A stretch of 64,000 bases of DNA from the NCBI GenBank assembly GCA_963662795.1, contig OY759746.1, forward strand, positions 1,376,001-1,440,000, written 5' to 3'. This stretch comes from Spirochaetia bacterium (GTDB taxonomy: Bacteria; Spirochaetota; Spirochaetia; CADAEX01). How positions within the stretch are numbered: position 1 is the first letter of the stretch; every line of letters begins with the position of its first letter. The notes beneath the pieces are model-generated. The model saw only the letters and a list, made by a program, of their open reading frames with translations. It ran no database searches and was not told the DNA's origin. The translations under genes were made by a program, and so were the position numbers. Shown piece by piece: positions 10,281 through 19,812 of the stretch.

Positions 10281-11105
10281 TTGGGGCTTAAAATACTTTA
10301 CATAGGTGAAATTACAGGTAAACCGGGGGTTTACTGCATCAAAAAACTTCTTCCCGGACTGAAGAAAGAACTGGAAGCGGATTTTACAATTGCGGGGGCA
10401 GAAGGGACAACCGGAGGATTCGGCATCGGAAAAACCCATTCCGTTTACTTAAGAAAGCTGGGAATCGACGTGCTTACGGCCGGGGAAAAGGTTTTCTTTA
10501 AAAAAGACATGGTTGAGCATATTGTGAAAGCCCCCTATGTGCTGAGACCTGCAAATTATCCGCCCGGAGTGCCGGGCAGGGGCTGGAAGGTGTATGAATC
10601 CGGTGAATATAAAATCGGAGTACTTACCCTGCTTGGAAACTCAGGTTTCAGCAGGATACACTTAAGCAACCCTTTTTCGTATCTTCCTGAACTGGTGGAC
10701 AAGATAAAGAGGGAAACAAATATAATAATATTTGATTTTCATGCGGCAACTACAGCGGAAAAAAAGACAATGGCATACCACGGGGACGGGAAAGTATCAG
10801 CTGTAATAGGAAGCCACTCGAAGGTGATGACCGCTGATGAAAAGATTCTTGCCGGCGGAACCGCTGTAATAACAGACGCGGGGAGAACCGGCAGCCAGAA
10901 TTCAGTCGGCGGACTTGACCCGGAGATAGAGATAAGAAAATTCCTTTCCCAGATACCGGAAAGGTCAAAAGACTGTTGGGATAAGCTTGAACTGCAGGGT
11001 GTTCTGGTTGAAATTGATCCCGAAACCGGAAAAGCTCTCAAGATTGAGAGAATAACAAGACCCTGCGAGGCGGTTAAAGAAGAATGTACGAACGAGGAAT
11101 TGTAA
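10281..11105 (+). CDS. YmdB/TIGR00282-family metallophosphoesterase-like protein (degenerate metal ligands)
   Basis: LRPANYP, PGRG, DFHA..T.EK, TADE.IL..GTA.ITD.G.TG motifs. Confidence 0.85.
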   Translation: MGLKILYIGEITGKPGVYCIKKLLPGLKKELEADFTIAGAEGTTGGFGIGKTHSVYLRKLGIDVLTAGEKVFFKKDMVEHIVKAPYVLRPANYPPGVPGRGWKVYESGEYKIGVLTLLGNSGFSRIHLSNPFSYLPELVDKIKRETNIIIFDFHAATTAEKKTMAYHGDGKVSAVIGSHSKVMTADEKILAGGTAVITDAGRTGSQNSVGGLDPEIEIRKFLSQIPERSKDCWDKLELQGVLVEIDPETGKALKIERITRPCEAVKEECTNEEL

Positions 11106-11485
11106 CATCAATTGATGAAAACATTATTACCATAAAATGCGGAAAACCGGATCAGTGTAAAGCATGCTCATCTTCATTCTGCAACATAAAAACAAAGAAT
11201 TTCAAAGCCCTGAATCAGGATGTACTTGATCTTAGCGAAGGGGATGAGGTTGAAGTATATATTTCCCCTTCAAAAACAATTGCATACAGCTTTATTGTGC
11301 TGATTTTGCCTCTCCTGATGTTTATCGCGGGTTATTATCTTACAGGGGCGGTTCTGAAGGTCCAGTCAGATGCGGTAAGGGCATTTGGCGGAGTAGCAGG
11401 ACTTGCAGGCGGTTTTTTATTAAGTTTTGCTTATAATTTTTTAAGGAAGAACCATAATCTTCCGGTAGTTACTGAAAAAATATAA
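11084..11485 (+). CDS. RseC/MucC-family protein
   Basis: M.E.GIV start, CKACSSSFC, GDEVEV, two C-terminal TM helices. Confidence 0.8.
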   Translation: MYERGIVTSIDENIITIKCGKPDQCKACSSSFCNIKTKNFKALNQDVLDLSEGDEVEVYISPSKTIAYSFIVLILPLLMFIAGYYLTGAVLKVQSDAVRAFGGVAGLAGGFLLSFAYNFLRKNHNLPVVTEKI

Positions 11486-11507
11486 CCGGCAGAAAACAAC
11501 TGCCGGT
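11485..11507. terminator. Hairpin between convergent genes
   Basis: accggcag-N7-ctgccggt. Confidence 0.55.
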
Positions 11508-11531
11508 CTTATGGCATCCTAAAGCTGAAAA

Positions 11532-11912
11532 TCAGAATGCGCTTTCAAACTGCCCTGTTCTAAGGAGCACAAGGGTGCATGCTTCAAGATAGGGAATGGA
11601 GGCTTTTTCAAGGGCTGTTTTAAGCTCATCAGATTCTGTTCCGGGATTTAAAACAACACGCTGAGGTTTTAATTTTATGATGCTGTCAATCAGCGGAGTT
11701 ATCCTTGCAGGCCCTACATAGACAGTAAGTGTATAAACCTCATCCTTAATATCTGTGAGGTCTTTTACTACTTTATGACCTTCGATTGTTTCAAGCTGTG
11801 GATGGACCGGTATAACATTGTAGTTGTGTTCCGACAGCATCTTTACTGCTTTATTGGAATATCTTTCCGGATTATCGCTTGCTCCGAGTACTGCTACATT
11901 TTTGCCTGGCAT
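11532..11912 (-). CDS. CoA-binding protein (YccU-like)
   Basis: VAVLGASDNPERYS, PVHP, NPG.E, ACTLV. Confidence 0.88.
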   Translation of the reverse strand: MPGKNVAVLGASDNPERYSNKAVKMLSEHNYNVIPVHPQLETIEGHKVVKDLTDIKDEVYTLTVYVGPARITPLIDSIIKLKPQRVVLNPGTESDELKTALEKASIPYLEACTLVLLRTGQFESAF

Positions 11913-12241
11913 TATTTTCCCCCGAGGCCTTTGTCTATAAAGCTTTTAACTTTCTCTTTGGGAAGAGAGCCGGTAAAACTGTCTACCTTGCTGCCGTCTT
12001 TAAACAGAATCACAGTAGGGATACTCATAACGCCGAACTTTGAAGCAACCTCTCCGTCCTTGTCAACATTTACCTTGTAGCAGTTGACTTTCCCCTTAAG
12101 ATCCTCGGAAAGAGACTCAAGTACAGGCCCGAATATCTTGCATGGCATACACCAGTCTGCGTAAAAATCAACAAGCGCGGTTTCCCTGCCTTCAACTATC
12201 TTTGAATCAAACGAATCTTTGTTTAATATTTCAACACCCAC
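11912..12241 (-). CDS. trxA: Thioredoxin
   Basis: DFYADWCMPCK, VMSIPT. Confidence 0.92.
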   Translation of the reverse strand: MGVEILNKDSFDSKIVEGRETALVDFYADWCMPCKIFGPVLESLSEDLKGKVNCYKVNVDKDGEVASKFGVMSIPTVILFKDGSKVDSFTGSLPKEKVKSFIDKGLGGK

Positions 12242-12361
12242 ATCTTTCTCCTGTTCAGAAAATATATGTTAAGTTTAATAATAATATGCCAATCAGTCAA
12301 TTTTAATAAATCTTATTTACTGTTTATTGCTACTTTGCTTGTCTTCATGATAATATTGAGC

Positions 12362-12814
12362 ATGTTTGATCTCAGTTTCATAATGCATCTATTTCAAAAA
12401 GAATTTATACTTAAACTGCTTCTGCTTGCGCTGCTGTACTCTATAATACCTCTTTCAGAAACATTTCTTCTGCTGCATCTCGGCGGTCTGTTCGGGAATT
12501 ATCTTATCCTTGCCCTGGCCGCGACTACCGGGCTTATAGGACTTTTTATTGCGTTCAGCGAGGTAAGCTCAATAATCGGATCAATTAAAATCAAGCTGAA
12601 GGAAGGAGTATATCCGGGAAAAGAGTTTATCAGTCTTGCAGGTGTAATGACCGGCGCCCTGCTGCTTCTTACACCGGGTTTTATCACAGACACACTGGGA
12701 TTGCTTCTTTTTATTCCCTTTTTCAGAAACGGGGTCGGAAAATTCATTACATCCAGAATGGAAAACAGTCTTAAGGAAATTTATGAATATCTGAAGCTGT
12801 ACGAACTTGAATAA
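12362..12814 (+). CDS. FxsA-family membrane protein
   Basis: ATTGLIG, LLLLTPGFITD.LG.LL..P..R; start uncertain (ATG 12362 chosen). Confidence 0.85.
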   Translation: MFDLSFIMHLFQKEFILKLLLLALLYSIIPLSETFLLLHLGGLFGNYLILALAATTGLIGLFIAFSEVSSIIGSIKIKLKEGVYPGKEFISLAGVMTGALLLLTPGFITDTLGLLLFIPFFRNGVGKFITSRMENSLKEIYEYLKLYELE

Positions 12815-12838
12815 GATAAGCCGGAAAGAACAGCCTTT

Positions 12839-13597
12839 CTATAAACCTCTGATCCGGTAATACAAAAGAACAAAAAAATACCATACATATATAAAAGCAT
12901 TCAATATTTTTACCGGATTCCTGAAAACCTTGCCAAGTTTTTCAGCAAACCGTGTTCCCCCTGTTTTTGCGGGGCGTGATCTTTTGCCGGCAAAAATGTC
13001 AAAACTGTTTCCTATCCAGAGCATTATTCCGGGATTGAAAGCGGCTGTATTCCGGGTTATCCAGTGTCGTCCGCCTGAAAGGCCGACACCGGCAAGGATA
13101 AGGGCAGGGGAAGATTTTTTAATTGCTGTTGCTACATTTTTTTCCATTTCTTTCGGAAAAAAACCTGCGCACCTGCCTACAATGTTAAGGCCGGGAAAAG
13201 ATGATTTGATATTTGATTCAGTAATCCGGAGAACAGATCTTCTTCCCCCGACAAGATAAACAGACTTTCCATAATTTTCTATTACCCCCAGCAGTCTGAT
13301 AACAAAATCAAATGGAAAGTAGAGCTCAGGGATATGCATTCTTTTAAGGAATTTTGCGCCGAAGAGGATGCTTGATGAAATGGGAAGAACCAGTTCCGCC
13401 CTCTCGATATTGGATCTGAGTTCTGTATTGAATTTTGCAAGAAAGATATCACGAAGTGAGATAAGCATTATGTTATAACTTTTTTTTTCTGCCAGCATCT
13501 CCCTGACAGCTTTTTCAAGATCTTCAGAGGAAAATGCATCAACAGGTATGCCTGCGACATCTATCCTTTTTCTGTACTGTCTGAGGTTAGAATCCAT
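12839..13597 (-). CDS. WecB/TagA/CpsF-family (GT26) glycosyltransferase-like protein
   Basis: VYLVGG, FPGLNIVG...GFF, L.GVG, IGNSFDIFAG..RP. Confidence 0.75.
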   Translation of the reverse strand: MDSNLRQYRKRIDVAGIPVDAFSSEDLEKAVREMLAEKKSYNIMLISLRDIFLAKFNTELRSNIERAELVLPISSSILFGAKFLKRMHIPELYFPFDFVIRLLGVIENYGKSVYLVGGRRSVLRITESNIKSSFPGLNIVGRCAGFFPKEMEKNVATAIKKSSPALILAGVGLSGGRHWITRNTAAFNPGIMLWIGNSFDIFAGKRSRPAKTGGTRFAEKLGKVFRNPVKILNAFIYVWYFFVLLYYRIRGL

Positions 13598-14376
13598 TTA
13601 TATCTCTCCAGAAGTATTGTTTTAACCGCGGCGATGGAATAAATTGCCGCAGTTTCTGCCCTTAGAACATTCCTGCCAAGCCAAACCGGCAAAAAATTAT
13701 TGTCCTGCAGATATTTTGTTTCGTTATCAGAAAAGCCCCCTTCCGGGCCGATTATTATACTGATTTTTTCAGATGCAGTAAAAAGATACTGGTGCAGCGG
13801 TTTATTGGCAATAGGTTCCTGATGAAAAAACAGTGAGATATTTTTTTCTTCATCTTTTGCCTTATCCGCAGCCTTTTCAAGATCAAGCGGCATTGAAATT
13901 TCAGGTAAAATCCTGCTTCCCGACTGCTGGAGCGCCTCGCGGCATATTTTATTCCACCGGTCTATTCTGGTCTGCCAGTTTTTCTCTTCAATTTTTGAAA
14001 TGGAAAACTCACTTACAACAGGCACAATGGCTGAAACTCCGGCTTCTGTCGCCTGCCTGACAATAATGTCCATTTTTTTCCCTTTAAGAAGACACTGGTA
14101 AAGAATTATCAGGGGGATATTCTCAGCCCCATCCTTTTCCGTATCCAAAATCCTTAAAAGTTTTACTATTGCGTTTTTATTTTTAAATCCGCTTATTTCC
14201 ACTTCCCACAGATTTCCACTGCGGTCGGCAGCCGTAAAAACATTGCCCGGTCTGCACCTGAGAACATTTTTAAGATAATGGGTATCTTTGCTGTCAAGAA
14301 TTACCTCAAGCGGCAATGCCGCCTCTCCGGTCTGTCGCGGATGCGGACCTGCTGCAGGCAGTAAAAACTGTTTCAT
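13561..14376 (-). CDS. rsmE: 16S rRNA m3U1498 methyltransferase
   Basis: HYLKNVLR, QATEAGV, EALQQSGS, IGPEGGFS, LGRNVLRAETA. Confidence 0.93.
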   Translation of the reverse strand: MKQFLLPAAGPHPRQTGEAALPLEVILDSKDTHYLKNVLRCRPGNVFTAADRSGNLWEVEISGFKNKNAIVKLLRILDTEKDGAENIPLIILYQCLLKGKKMDIIVRQATEAGVSAIVPVVSEFSISKIEEKNWQTRIDRWNKICREALQQSGSRILPEISMPLDLEKAADKAKDEEKNISLFFHQEPIANKPLHQYLFTASEKISIIIGPEGGFSDNETKYLQDNNFLPVWLGRNVLRAETAAIYSIAAVKTILLERYKWILTSDSTEKG

Positions 14377-14411
14377 CTGTTTATTTTCATCTTACATTCA
14401 ACTTACATTCA

Positions 14412-14807
14412 TCAGGCAAGATTTATTATCACAGATCTGCTGCGCGGCCCGTCATATTCACACAGATATATGCCCTGCCAGGTTCCAAGAAGCAGTGTTC
14501 CCTCATGCACGGGGATTGTTACACTGCTTCCGGTGAGAAGAGTTTTTATATGGGCCGCGGAATTGCCCTCGCCGTGACTGTAACCGTCTTCAAACGGAAC
14601 TCTTTTTTCAAGATGATAAAGTATGTCCCTTACTACATCAGGGTCTGCTGCCTCGTTAATTGTAACTCCGGCTGTCGTGTGCGGAACAAAAACAGTGCAA
14701 AGCCCTTCTGTAAAGTTTTCAGAAACAATAATTCTCTTTACAGATGTTGTTATGTCGGTAAAAGCACATCTGCCGGATGTTTTTATATTAATTCTGTTTA
14801 CTGACAT
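14412..14807 (-). CDS. YjbQ/UPF0047 family protein
   Basis: PHTTAG..INE, GNSAAHIK, LGTWQGIY..E.DGPR. Confidence 0.9.
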   Translation of the reverse strand: MSVNRINIKTSGRCAFTDITTSVKRIIVSENFTEGLCTVFVPHTTAGVTINEAADPDVVRDILYHLEKRVPFEDGYSHGEGNSAAHIKTLLTGSSVTIPVHEGTLLLGTWQGIYLCEYDGPRSRSVIINLA

Positions 14808-16227
14808 TCCCTTTTAAATCCCCTTTCTGAATAACGCTCAGCGCTTCCTGCAGAACCAGATCGTATTCAAGGTCGTAGACAGGAGGATCATTGTTTTTCT
14901 TGTTAAGCTCATTCCGTATAAGTTTTCTTATAAATCTGTCTTTAAGGACAATATTCTCTCCCCTCAGGCGGCTGATAAAAGACGCTATATCATTTTCTGC
15001 AGGGGCCGGATTATTTTTTACAAATTCCTGTATCTCGAATTTTTCAACAAGCACTTTATACGATTCAGTCTCTTCTTCCGTAAATTCCTCTTCTTTCACT
15101 TCCCGGTCAGGGACAATCCCGATTTTATCGATATTTACTCCCGAAGGGGTATAATAGCGCGACATTGTCAGCTTGAATCCTCCGTCACCGATGGCCCTTA
15201 CCTGCTGGACAGAACCTTTTCCATAAGATTTTTCACCGACAAGAAGGCCCCGCCTGTTATCCTTTATCGCACCGGCAAGAATTTCAGAGGCAGAGGCAGA
15301 TCCCTTGTCAATCAGTACAACAACAGGCATATCAGGAGGTATGATGGTTTTTCTGTTTGATTTATAAACCCTGTTTTCCGAAGGAATTTTGGATCTTGTG
15401 CTTACAACAACTTCGCCCGACAGAAAAAAATCCGCTATATCAGCAACAGATGAAAGAAGTCCTCCGGGATTTCCCCTTAAATCAACAATAAGCGATTTGT
15501 ATCCTTTCTTTCTGAAATCCTCAAGTCCTGCCTTGATATTTTCAGGCGTCATCGGTGTAAACTGGATTATGCGCAAGTATCCGATATCCTTTCCGATAAT
15601 ATCCATTTTGACAGTTGGTACCACAATATCTTCCCGTACAATATCCAATGTAAAAACAATATCATCGCCCCTTAAAACGGTAATACTGACACTTGTGCCG
15701 GGCTCTCCCCTAAGCATTTTAAGGACCTCATCAAGAGGCATATTTTCTGTCGATTTATCCCCAATCTTTATAATATAGTCTCCGGCGGAAATTCCAAGAC
15801 GGAACGCAGGCGTCCCTTCAATAGGGGCAACAACCCGGACAAACGGGAGATGCTTCTCGTCAAAACTTGTGTCGCCGTAATATTTGCTTATATACATACC
15901 GACCCCGCCGAATTTACCGGTAGTCGTGTCGGAAAGATCGTCCATATCGGAAGCTGATAAAAAAACGGAATACGGGTCGCCAAGGCTTTCAAACATTCCC
16001 TTCATCGCCCCTTCATACAGCTTTTTGGTATCCACATCATCTACATAATAGCTTTTTATAAACTGCATAACCTGCTGAATTACTGTTATATATTCACTCT
16101 GATCATCTGCCGTGCTGTTTTGTGCATAAACAAAGGGGGAAAATGAAAAAAATATAAAAACCAGACAGAGGCCGAAACTTATACCAACCCAGAGATATTT
16201 TTCTTTTTTGATTCCTGAAAACATCAT
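14788..16227 (-). CDS. ctpA: S41 C-terminal processing protease
   Basis: Signal/TM segment, DPYS, PDZ domain (GGVG), DLRGNPGG, SASASE, GKGSVQ. Confidence 0.92.
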   Translation of the reverse strand: MMFSGIKKEKYLWVGISFGLCLVFIFFSFSPFVYAQNSTADDQSEYITVIQQVMQFIKSYYVDDVDTKKLYEGAMKGMFESLGDPYSVFLSASDMDDLSDTTTGKFGGVGMYISKYYGDTSFDEKHLPFVRVVAPIEGTPAFRLGISAGDYIIKIGDKSTENMPLDEVLKMLRGEPGTSVSITVLRGDDIVFTLDIVREDIVVPTVKMDIIGKDIGYLRIIQFTPMTPENIKAGLEDFRKKGYKSLIVDLRGNPGGLLSSVADIADFFLSGEVVVSTRSKIPSENRVYKSNRKTIIPPDMPVVVLIDKGSASASEILAGAIKDNRRGLLVGEKSYGKGSVQQVRAIGDGGFKLTMSRYYTPSGVNIDKIGIVPDREVKEEEFTEEETESYKVLVEKFEIQEFVKNNPAPAENDIASFISRLRGENIVLKDRFIRKLIRNELNKKNNDPPVYDLEYDLVLQEALSVIQKGDLKGNVSKQN

Positions 16228-16333
16228 TCACCTCTCCTTAAAATAATCTATTTATGACAATAGTTTGTCAAGAAGAATAAAATAATGCGCCGTCTTATTG
16301 ACCTCCTATGCCGCTCTCCGTAAACTTGTCGAA

Positions 16334-16735
16334 ATGAAAAAATTTTTTTTAGCAGGGCTTATCTGGGAATTACTCCGTTTTATATTTCTTGTCTTTCTGA
16401 CTCAGAAAAAAGCAGGTATTGATACATTTCTCTGGATCGCCTCTCAGCAGCTTGTTTTATTTTATCTTTATTTTTTTCTGTGGTACAATAAAGACAGGTA
16501 CTGTCAGTATATGAAAGCTGCCGCAGCCGGAAAATTCATAGGAGTCGCAGCAGGCGCAGTATATATTGCACAGTTTTTTATTAAAGAAAAAATGTTTACA
16601 GCAGGGATAGTTTTTACTTTTAATATTATACTGATTGATGCGATATTCATGATTATAATAATTTTTATAATTAAAAAATATTTCGAAGCGCAATTGAGGG
16701 TAGAGGATGCAGGTAATACCAATAGCCAGTGGTAA
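16334..16735 (+). CDS. Hypothetical 4-TM membrane protein
   Basis: Hydrophobic ORF overlapping the start of the next gene. Confidence 0.6.
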   Translation: MKKFFLAGLIWELLRFIFLVFLTQKKAGIDTFLWIASQQLVLFYLYFFLWYNKDRYCQYMKAAAAGKFIGVAAGAVYIAQFFIKEKMFTAGIVFTFNIILIDAIFMIIIIFIIKKYFEAQLRVEDAGNTNSQW

Positions 16736-17846
16736 AGGCGGAGTAGGAAAAACTCTTGTATCAGCCAATCTCGCGATAGCCCTTGCCCAGGCAGGAAAGA
16801 GAGTAGTTCTTGCCGATATGGACCTCGGTGGTTCAAATCTGCATATTGTCCTTGGAATGACCGGCCTTAAGGGGGGAATAGGCAGTTTTATCAATAACTC
16901 CGATGTTGCATTTAAATCAATTATTTATAAAACTGATTATAAAAACCTTCTTTTTATCCCCGGAGACTCTGAAATCCCAGGGATGGCTAACCTTAAGGCA
17001 TCGCAGAAAAGAAAGCTGTTAAAAAATCTTTTTGCACTGGATTGCGATTATCTTATCATGGACCTCGGAGCCGGAACAAATTATAACACAATAGACCTGT
17101 TTCTGGCCTCAGGGCAGGGGATAATTGTAACAATGCCGGCGCTTACCGCAACACTTAATGCATATATATTCATAAAGCATTCCATTTTCAGGATAATGGA
17201 CACTTCCTTCCGAAGAAAAACTGTCGCGCGGGAGCACATAGACAGACTCAGGGAAGACAGCTCCGCAATCCAGAAAGTATATATCCCGAAATTTATTGAA
17301 GTTATCAGGAAGGAAGATCCTGAAAGCTATGCACGGTTTATGCAAAAGATAAAAAATTTCTCCCCCCTTCTTATCATGAATATGATTGAAGATCCCAGGC
17401 AGGCCGGGATAGCCGGAAAGCTCAGGAAGTCATGCAGGGAATATCTGGGTCTTGATCTTGAGCATCTGGGAGTCCTTTACAGGGATGATCTGCAGACTGT
17501 TGCCCTAAACTCAAGGCTTCCGATAATTATTTACAAACCGCAGTCTGTTCTTTCCCAGGCTTTCTACAGGATTTCTGAAAAGCTTCTTATGGATTACAGG
17601 CATGATACAAATCCGGATGAGGATTATTTCGATGAGTCATACATGAATGCTGAAATTGAAGCACAGGCGGATTTTTCCGCCAAGATACAATCCATGGAAG
17701 AACTGCTTCACAGCGGCGCGCTCTCATCGGCAGACATGATTGATATTATCAAAACACAGCAGATAGAACTGAATGAGATGAAAAAGGAAAATACTCTGCT
17801 AAAATCAAAGATTGTCAAAGCGGCAAACGCAGGATATAAATTTTAA
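16707..17846 (+). CDS. MinD/FlhG-like P-loop ATPase with C-terminal extension
   Basis: Deviant Walker A SGKGGVGKT, DMDLGGSNLH, DLGAG. Confidence 0.85.
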   Translation: MQVIPIASGKGGVGKTLVSANLAIALAQAGKRVVLADMDLGGSNLHIVLGMTGLKGGIGSFINNSDVAFKSIIYKTDYKNLLFIPGDSEIPGMANLKASQKRKLLKNLFALDCDYLIMDLGAGTNYNTIDLFLASGQGIIVTMPALTATLNAYIFIKHSIFRIMDTSFRRKTVAREHIDRLREDSSAIQKVYIPKFIEVIRKEDPESYARFMQKIKNFSPLLIMNMIEDPRQAGIAGKLRKSCREYLGLDLEHLGVLYRDDLQTVALNSRLPIIIYKPQSVLSQAFYRISEKLLMDYRHDTNPDEDYFDESYMNAEIEAQADFSAKIQSMEELLHSGALSSADMIDIIKTQQIELNEMKKENTLLKSKIVKAANAGYKF

Positions 17847-17859
17847 TACCGGAGTAAAT

Positions 17860-18873
17860 ATGCCCTTTTTTATCAATTATCCGACCTGGCTGCACCCTGA
17901 GATAATACCGGGACTCCCTTTCAGATGGTATGGAGTAATGTACATGATTGCATTTCTCCTTTCATACATACTTTTCAGGAAACAGGTAAAAGAAAAAAAC
18001 CTTGATTATTCCGAGGATACAGTTACAAATCTTTTTTTCTGGGCAATCCTGGGCGTTCTTATAGGAGGGCGTGTTTTTTCAACACTCTTCTACGACCAGA
18101 GCGGTAAATACTGGATGAACCCCCTTCTTATATTCTGGCCGTTTGACAGCAATTTCAATTTTACAGGGCTTCAGGGCATGTCCTACCACGGGGGCCTTCT
18201 CGGTGTAATTGCTGCCGTAATTATTTACTGCAGAAAAAACAGGATAAATATTCTTGAAACCGGGGATATGTTTGCAGTTGCAGCCCCCGCCGGATACACA
18301 TTCGGAAGGCTTGGAAACTTTATCAATGGAGAGTTATTCGGGAGGGTCACCTCCTCTCCCTGGGGAATGGTATTCCCTGATGCACCTTCCTTTCCGCTCA
18401 AGGAAGGATGGGTATTTGAAACCGCACTCAAGGCCGGGATCGATGTCACTTCTATCGGTGAATATGTAAACCTGCCGCGCCACCCGAGCCAGCTTTACGA
18501 GGCATTGTTCGAAGGGGTATTATTATGGTTTTTCCTGTGGTTTTTCATGAGAAAAAGAAAACTGCCCAGGGGAACTCTCATCGGAGCATATATAGCAGGT
18601 TACGGGCTTGTCAGATTTTTTATAGAATACTTCAGGGAACCGGACCAGGAAATAGGGTTTATTCTTTCGCTTTCATCAAAACCGGGGCATATCTACAGGT
18701 TTGATTCACTGCTTAATTTTTCTCAGGGGCAGCTTCTGTGCTTTTTTATGATAGCTGGCGGCCTGTTATTTATATATATCCTTAAAAACAATGAGAATAA
18801 GAAAGCCGCGGCGGAAGAGATGCGTGAGACAAAACTGAAAAAAGGGCTTAAAGATTTAAGAAAAAAGAAATAG
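17860..18873 (+). CDS. lgt: Prolipoprotein diacylglyceryl transferase
   Basis: RWYG, GMSYHGG, GRLGNFINGELFGR, RHPSQLYE, RF.IEY.REPD. Confidence 0.95.
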   Translation: MPFFINYPTWLHPEIIPGLPFRWYGVMYMIAFLLSYILFRKQVKEKNLDYSEDTVTNLFFWAILGVLIGGRVFSTLFYDQSGKYWMNPLLIFWPFDSNFNFTGLQGMSYHGGLLGVIAAVIIYCRKNRINILETGDMFAVAAPAGYTFGRLGNFINGELFGRVTSSPWGMVFPDAPSFPLKEGWVFETALKAGIDVTSIGEYVNLPRHPSQLYEALFEGVLLWFFLWFFMRKRKLPRGTLIGAYIAGYGLVRFFIEYFREPDQEIGFILSLSSKPGHIYRFDSLLNFSQGQLLCFFMIAGGLLFIYILKNNENKKAAAEEMRETKLKKGLKDLRKKK

Positions 18874-18878
18874 GGCAG

Positions 18879-18961
18879 GGCCTGTCTTTAGTGCAGACCG
18901 CAAGGCCTGTCTTTAGTGCAGACCGCAAGGCCTGTCTTTAGTGCAGACCGCAAGGCCTGTC
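18879..18961. repeat. Perfect 25-bp tandem repeat, 3.3 copies, spanning the rbgA stop codon
   Basis: ggcctgtctttagtgcagaccgcaa at 18879, 18904, 18929, plus partial ggcctgtc at 18954. Confidence 0.95.
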
Positions 18962-19789
18962 CAGGCACAGCCCGCCGAGCCGTCCTTCCCTCACTTCTGT
19001 CAGAATTATCCGCGAAACCTTGTCAGTATCTACTTTGCCTCCGGTTACAAGACAACCCCTCTTTTTACCTATTATCTGAAGAAGCTCATCAGGGGCAGTT
19101 TCAACTACTGTCTTAAGTTCTATTCCATACCGCTCGGAAAGATTGACAGGATAGAGTTTTTTAAGCAGCGAAAGGGCTTTTACCGCTATATCATCCCTGT
19201 AAAGAATACTGTCTCTCACACTCCCCAGAATCGCAAGTTTTTCACCCACTTCCTGGTCTTCGAACTTATGCCAGAGTACTCCGGGTGTATCTATCAGGTG
19301 CAGCCGTTCGGAAATTTTCACTTTTTTAAGATCACGGGTTACCCCCGGTTTGTTGCTCACTTCCTGTTTCTTCTTTCCCGCTATATGGTTAAGTATTGCG
19401 GATTTTCCTACATTCGGTACACCGATAATCATTGCCCTTATCGCCCGTTTACCTATCCATTCATATTCGCGGCAGAGATATCTGCTTTTTTCAACAAGCC
19501 CGGAAATGTTCTTTCCCGTTATGGCAGAAACCTGGACAACATCGCTGTTGCCCCTGTTTTTTTTAAAATATTCTTCCCACATTTTTAAAACAGAGCTGTC
19601 TGCCAGGTCCGACTTGTTAAGGACTATAAGAAGAGGTTTGTTTTCTACTATTTTTTCAATCATGGGATTGCGGCTTGACCAGGGGATTCTCGCATCAAGT
19701 ATTTCCAGAACGATATCTGACTTGCCGATATTTTCCCTGATCTGACCGATTCCCTTGTGCATGTGGCCTGGAAACCATTGTACTGGCAT
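18938..19789 (-). CDS. rbgA: Ribosome biogenesis GTPase RbgA/YlqF
   Basis: QWFPGHM, DARIP, NKSD, GVPNVGKS, PGVT, DTPG (circularly permuted GTPase). Confidence 0.95.
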   Translation of the reverse strand: MPVQWFPGHMHKGIGQIRENIGKSDIVLEILDARIPWSSRNPMIEKIVENKPLLIVLNKSDLADSSVLKMWEEYFKKNRGNSDVVQVSAITGKNISGLVEKSRYLCREYEWIGKRAIRAMIIGVPNVGKSAILNHIAGKKKQEVSNKPGVTRDLKKVKISERLHLIDTPGVLWHKFEDQEVGEKLAILGSVRDSILYRDDIAVKALSLLKKLYPVNLSERYGIELKTVVETAPDELLQIIGKKRGCLVTGGKVDTDKVSRIILTEVREGRLGGLCLDRPCGLH

Positions 19790-19812
19790 AAAAACTCCGG
19801 AATCAAACTATA

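Noticed and set aside
18879-18961. CRISPR array
   Set aside because: Units are head-to-tail with no spacers and there are no cas genes in the window
18941-19588. 215-aa ORF antisense to rbgA, and the many other short antisense ORFs in the track
   Set aside because: They lie opposite well-supported genes and show no domain signal
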